Of a stretch of DNA of 22,527 bases, positions 19,059-22,527 are shown piece after piece. Source of the DNA: Candidatus Micrarchaeia archaeon (lineage in GTDB: Archaea > Micrarchaeota > Micrarchaeia > Anstonellales > Bilamarchaeaceae); contig JBKHJL010000018.1 of assembly GCA_046538155.1 (NCBI GenBank), forward strand, positions 1-22,527. The letters are read 5' to 3'. The notes under the pieces are model-generated. The model ran no database searches. It was not told where the DNA came from and saw only the letters and a list, made by a program, of their open reading frames with translations. How positions within the stretch are numbered: the first letter of the stretch is position 1; each line of letters starts with the position of its first letter. The translations under genes were made by a program, and so were the position numbers.

Positions 19059-19769
19059 TCAGATATACCTGAAGGAAGCTTCATCGTTTATGTCTGGTTC
19101 CTCTCCAGGGGAAGTTTCTTCATTGCTGCTCTTCACTTTTTCAAGCTGGGCAGTCTCATCAGAATCCCCTCCCATCTTTCCTGCAAAGAAACCAATTGCC
19201 GCAACCACTACAAGACCGAATAGAAGAATCGGGATTTCCAGCTCTCCGTCAAACGGGCCGCATGCAGGGCACTCAAGCTCCGGGCAGGCAGGGCATTTCT
19301 CGCAAGGCTGGCAGTTGCAGGCGCACTTGCAAACCGGGCAGTTGCTGTTATCTTCTTCAAGGCTGACTGCGGGTTTTGGCTCTTCTTCTTCTTCGGGTTC
19401 ATCTTCAAGCGCCATAGGGGTAGGTGCATCAACACACTCGTAGTTAATGCATTTCTTTCCCGAACTGCAATAACTGTCACCCACACACTCCTTAGGAATG
19501 CATTCACCCTTATCGCATAGGAAATCTGTCGGGCACTCTGCACTTACTATGCAAACCGGAGCAATGCAGATACCGCGGTAGCAGACCTCATTCTCTCCGC
19601 ACTCGCTGTCGGCCCTGCATTCCAGCGGGGTATAACAGTCCCCAAGAATACATACATCTCCGGAATCACAGTCCGAATCAACCACACACCGGCTGAACCC
19701 GGTGGAAGAAGAAAATGCAACTCCTGCTATCAGGAGCAGTGCCAGGATATTTAGTATGACATTTTTCAT
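19059..19769 (-). CDS. Cys-rich repeat membrane-anchored protein (same architecture as 13961-15286)
   Basis: MKNVILNILALLLIAGVAFS signal, 4 C-x2-(D/S)-x2-C modules, CPxC repeats, TM segment IPILLFGLVVVAAIGFFAG. TTTAAATA lies 23 nt upstream of ATG 19769. Confidence 0.82.
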   Translation of the reverse strand: MKNVILNILALLLIAGVAFSSSTGFSRCVVDSDCDSGDVCILGDCYTPLECRADSECGENEVCYRGICIAPVCIVSAECPTDFLCDKGECIPKECVGDSYCSSGKKCINYECVDAPTPMALEDEPEEEEEPKPAVSLEEDNSNCPVCKCACNCQPCEKCPACPELECPACGPFDGELEIPILLFGLVVVAAIGFFAGKMGGDSDETAQLEKVKSSNEETSPGEEPDINDEASFRYI

Positions 19770-19846
19770 GTGGATATATGTGTGGAGTAATGTATTTAAA
19801 CCTAACACTTTCCGGAGTATGGAAACAGAGAACAACAAGGAAAATA

Positions 19847-19968
19847 AACTCCCTTCCCGGCCATCCCGAAGCGCTTCTTTGGGAGGCACTTCGGAATGTC
19901 TCCATGGAGGGTCCGATGGTGAAGACATCCGGCAGGGCCGGATGGCGTAAATGGAAGGGAAGGGAGTT
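19847..19968. ncRNA. Unidentified highly structured ~122-nt element (candidate ncRNA)
   Basis: 12-bp terminal inverted repeat AACTCCCTTCCC/GGGAAGGGAGTT enclosing stems GCCATCC/GGATGGC, CCGAAG/CTTCGG, ATGTCT/AGACAT and CCGGC/GCCGG. Confidence 0.4.
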
Positions 19969-20024
19969 AATGGGGGATATAAATCCCGCTAAACAGGGGA
20001 TAATATATGCTTGGTTTGGGCCCT

Positions 20025-20068
20025 GTGCGGGCTTCAAGGTTCGCCAGAAGAAACAATACACTGATTCC
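20025..20068 (-). other. 3' arm of the pre-16S processing stem (BHB)
   Basis: RNA GUGUAUUGUUUCUUC-UGGC-GAA-CCUUGAAGCCCGCAC pairs with the leader at 22344-22379. Confidence 0.85.
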
Positions 20069-20332
20069 CGTTCTCCTTATGGTTTCCAAATACCATATCT
20101 AACATATAATATTTGGAGGTGATCTATCCGCAGGTTCCCCTACGGATACCTTGTTATGACTTAGCCCCCCTCACGCAACATAGGTTCGAATCCGGCAGAA
20201 ACCGGAGCCTCACCTACACCGCATTTGGGTGACTTGACAGGCGGTGTGTGCAAGGAGCGGGGACTTATTCACCGCGCGATGATGACACGCGATTACTAGG
20301 GATTCCAGCTTCATGAGGGTGGGTTTCAACCC

Positions 20333-21025
20333 TCAATCCGAACTTAGGCCGGATTTAGGGGATTGGCTTCTCCTCTCGGAGTCGCTGCCCATTGTTCCGA
20401 CCATTGTATGCCGCGTTTGGCCCCAGTTGGGAAGTTTGTCCGGGTGGTTAAACCCGACCTTACCGAAATACTGGAAAACGTTTTTCCACCCTACGATTTG
20501 AAAACCATGCATTTGCTTGTGTCTCCAAATAGTAAAATGCACATCAAGCGAAGAAAGAATCTTCGTGATGTCATCTCTGATTGCTTTATTCGCAACCTGG
20601 AATGTTACCTTCGGGTAAACATACTTCTTAGATGGTCTCTTCACCGTATGAGTGGTTAAAGAGCCTTCCGCATCCATCCAGCCGCGCACGTACGCGGCTC
20701 GTTTGGAATCGTCAAGATTCCAGATGAAAGCGGGTGTTTTCATATTATATGTTTTCTCTTTTCCCAAAGGAACGTCAAGGTCCAGGTAAAATCTTACGAT
20801 TTCTTCATCCCGGATTCTTGACCTGTAGGTAGTGCTCCCCCATCTTGTTTTCATAGGTGAAAGCTGAGGAGCAGTCCTGAACAATCTTTCAAACATGGGA
20901 AAGATTACTTGTTCATGGAAGGAAAAGCACTGGTCCACAATGTGAAGGGAAAAATCATTCCGCTTCCCATCGATTACCAGACTTCCGTCTCCTCCAATCA
21001 GCCCAATGGAGTATGCTAAATCCAT
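20333..21025 (-). CDS. Two-motif LAGLIDADG homing endonuclease (230 aa on the linear gene; stop codon lies in the 16S 3' exon)
   Basis: Motif 1 LAYSIGLIGGDGS, motif 2 AYVRGWMDAEGS, C-terminal KVGFNHPDK. ATG at 21025. First in-frame stop is TGA at 20335-20333. Confidence 0.9.
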   Translation of the reverse strand: MDLAYSIGLIGGDGSLVIDGKRNDFSLHIVDQCFSFHEQVIFPMFERLFRTAPQLSPMKTRWGSTTYRSRIRDEEIVRFYLDLDVPLGKEKTYNMKTPAFIWNLDDSKRAAYVRGWMDAEGSLTTHTVKRPSKKYVYPKVTFQVANKAIRDDITKILSSLDVHFTIWRHKQMHGFQIVGWKNVFQYFGKVGFNHPDKLPNWGQTRHTMVGTMGSDSERRSQSPKSGLSSD

Positions 21026-21103
21026 AAACTGATTGATTTTTCTTCCTATATAAAGATAGAGAGAGTAGTTTTCCAGTGGTTTCGGATAAACGACCAAACC
21101 GGT
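20417..21103 (-). mobile_element. 687-nt archaeal BHB intron in 16S rRNA carrying a homing endonuclease gene
   Basis: Removal restores GGGCTAC|ACGCGGCATACAATGG. The junctions fold as a BHB: helix GGCU/GGCC, bulges AC^A and AA^A, intron stem CCGGUU/AACUGG extended by GUUUAUCCG/CGGACAAAC. Confidence 0.92.
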
Positions 21104-21382
21104 GTAGCCCAAGGGATTCGGGCCATACTGACCTACCGTCGCCCACTCCTTCCTCCCACTTAACGCGGGCAGTCCCATTAAGGTGCCTCTCACTAAAGGT
21201 GAAAGTAGCAATTAATGGTATGGGTCTCGCTCGTTGCTGGACTTAACCAGACAACTCACGCCACGAGCTGACGATGGCCATGCAACACCTCTCGGCTCGT
21301 CAGGCAAGATCTTTAGTCTGGCCTTCATACTGCCGTCGCCCTTGGTGAAGTTCACGGCGTTGTATCCAATTAAACCGTAGCA

Positions 21383-21425
<43 letters not shown>

Positions 21426-21528
21426 CTCTTGCGAGCGTACTCCCCAGGCGGCGGACTTAACACCTACGCTACAGCACTGCTGCAGATTAACTCTGAAGCA
21501 ACACCACAGTCCGCATGATTTACAGCTG

Positions 21529-21562
<34 letters not shown>

Positions 21563-21927
21563 CAGCTTTCGTTCCTCACCGTCGGACACGTTTTGGTCAG
21601 GCGCCTTCGCCACTGGTAGTCCACCCAGGCTCAACGGATTTTACCCCTACCCCGGGTGTACTCCTGACCTCCCCCGTTCCCAAGCCAAACAGTATCTCCT
21701 GCACGCAGTGTAGTTAAGCTACACTATTTCACAGAAGACTTACCTGGCCGGCTACGAACGCTCTAGGCCCAGTATTCGTGGATACCACTTGAGGCGCTGG
21801 TTTTACCGTGGCGGCTGCCACCAGTCTTGCCCACACCCTTATTCTCCAAGCTATTTACACTTGGCAAAAGACGCAAGCTTAGCTTACGCCACTCGGAGTT
21901 CCCCTATCACTCTTTCGAGCATTGTAG

Positions 21928-21958
<31 letters not shown>

Positions 21959-22317
21959 AGGGCCCTTGTCTCAGTGCCCTTCTGGGGGCCACCACTCTCA
22001 TGGCCCCTAGAGATTATAGGCTTGGTAAGCCGTTACCCTACCAACAACCATAATCCCGCGCAGTCTCGTCCTGGAGCGGAACTGTTCCAATTCACAGCCC
22101 GTTTAAACCACCAAGCATTCCAGCATAGGTGGAATATAGGATATTGTCCTCAATTTCTCAAGGTTATCTCCTTCTCCAGGGTAGATTGACTACGTGTTAC
22201 TCAGCCCTTTGCCACCCCCGGAAGTCCGAAGGTTAGACTTGCATGGCTTAGTCAAACTCCGATAGCAGTATCCTCCAGCAGGATCAACTGGAGTTAAATG
22301 GAGTACTTAATTCTTAA

Positions 22318-22379
22318 GGAATCACGCGAGGTCGAATTATCGCGTGTATTGTTTCTCTCTTGGCCCTTGAAGCCTGCAC
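22318..22379 (-). other. 5' arm of the pre-16S processing stem (BHB)
   Basis: RNA GUGCAGGCUUCAAGG-GCCA-AGA-GAGAAACAAUACAC. The 4-bp helix GCCA/UGGC is flanked by 3-nt bulges AGA and GAA. Confidence 0.85.
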
Positions 22380-22490
22380 TGCGCCAGCTATGGCGCCAGA
22401 AACATGCAAGATGCATGCTCCTGCCCAAACAAAACAACATCGCGCATATTTCGGCGCAAAATAGGTAAGCGATATATTAGAACACACCTG

Positions 22491-22505
22491 TTTTTAAAGC
22501 TTTCA
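22491..22505 (-). promoter_or_regulatory. BRE-TATA promoter of the 16S gene
   Basis: Minus strand TGAAAGC-TTTAAAAA upstream of the structured leader. Confidence 0.65.
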
Positions 22506-22527
22506 TCCAGCTTCCTGCAGGTTGAGG

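Noticed and set aside
19770..19928. N-terminal extension of the 289-aa ORF
   Set aside because: The signal peptide and TATA box point to ATG 19769. The extension overlaps the structured element.
19847..19968. 5S rRNA, tRNA or SRP RNA
   Set aside because: The size and CCATCCCGAA recall 5S, but other 5S, T-loop and SRP helix-8 signatures are missing.
20417..21103. Group I or group II intron
   Set aside because: No exon-terminal U or intron-terminal G, no GUGYG/AY ends, and no room for a ribozyme core. A canonical BHB fits.
21026..21211. N-terminal extension of the 292-aa ORF
   Set aside because: Starts at TTG inside the 16S exon. The first LAGLIDADG motif begins right after ATG 21025.

Overview
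Archaeal chromosomal segment, most likely from a DPANN lineage (Micrarchaeota-like; inferred from a stand-alone, primer-divergent 16S gene, class I LysRS, TFB and archaeal TATA promoters). Housekeeping genes: tRNA-Thr(UGU), topA, pgk, tfb, lysS (class I), a RimJ/RimL-type GNAT and rtcB. Accessory genes: a gadC-gadB decarboxylase/antiporter pair, two Asp-Thr-repeat surface proteins, two Cys-rich repeat membrane-anchored proteins and several hypotheticals. The most striking element is a 687-nt bulge-helix-bulge (BHB) intron in the 16S rRNA (after ~C1226, E. coli numbering). It encodes a two-motif LAGLIDADG endonuclease with no stop codon in the intron. The intron is exactly 229 codons, in frame from its first to its last base, so the excised and ligated circle would carry an endless ORF, while unspliced RNA would end at a UGA inside the 16S exon. 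Also seen: a box C/D guide sRNA that appears to target tRNA-Leu(CAA) C34 and has its D guide triplicated, a covarying dual-hairpin intergenic repeat (4 copies), the pre-16S BHB processing stem, and an unexplained ~120-nt structured element downstream of the 16S.
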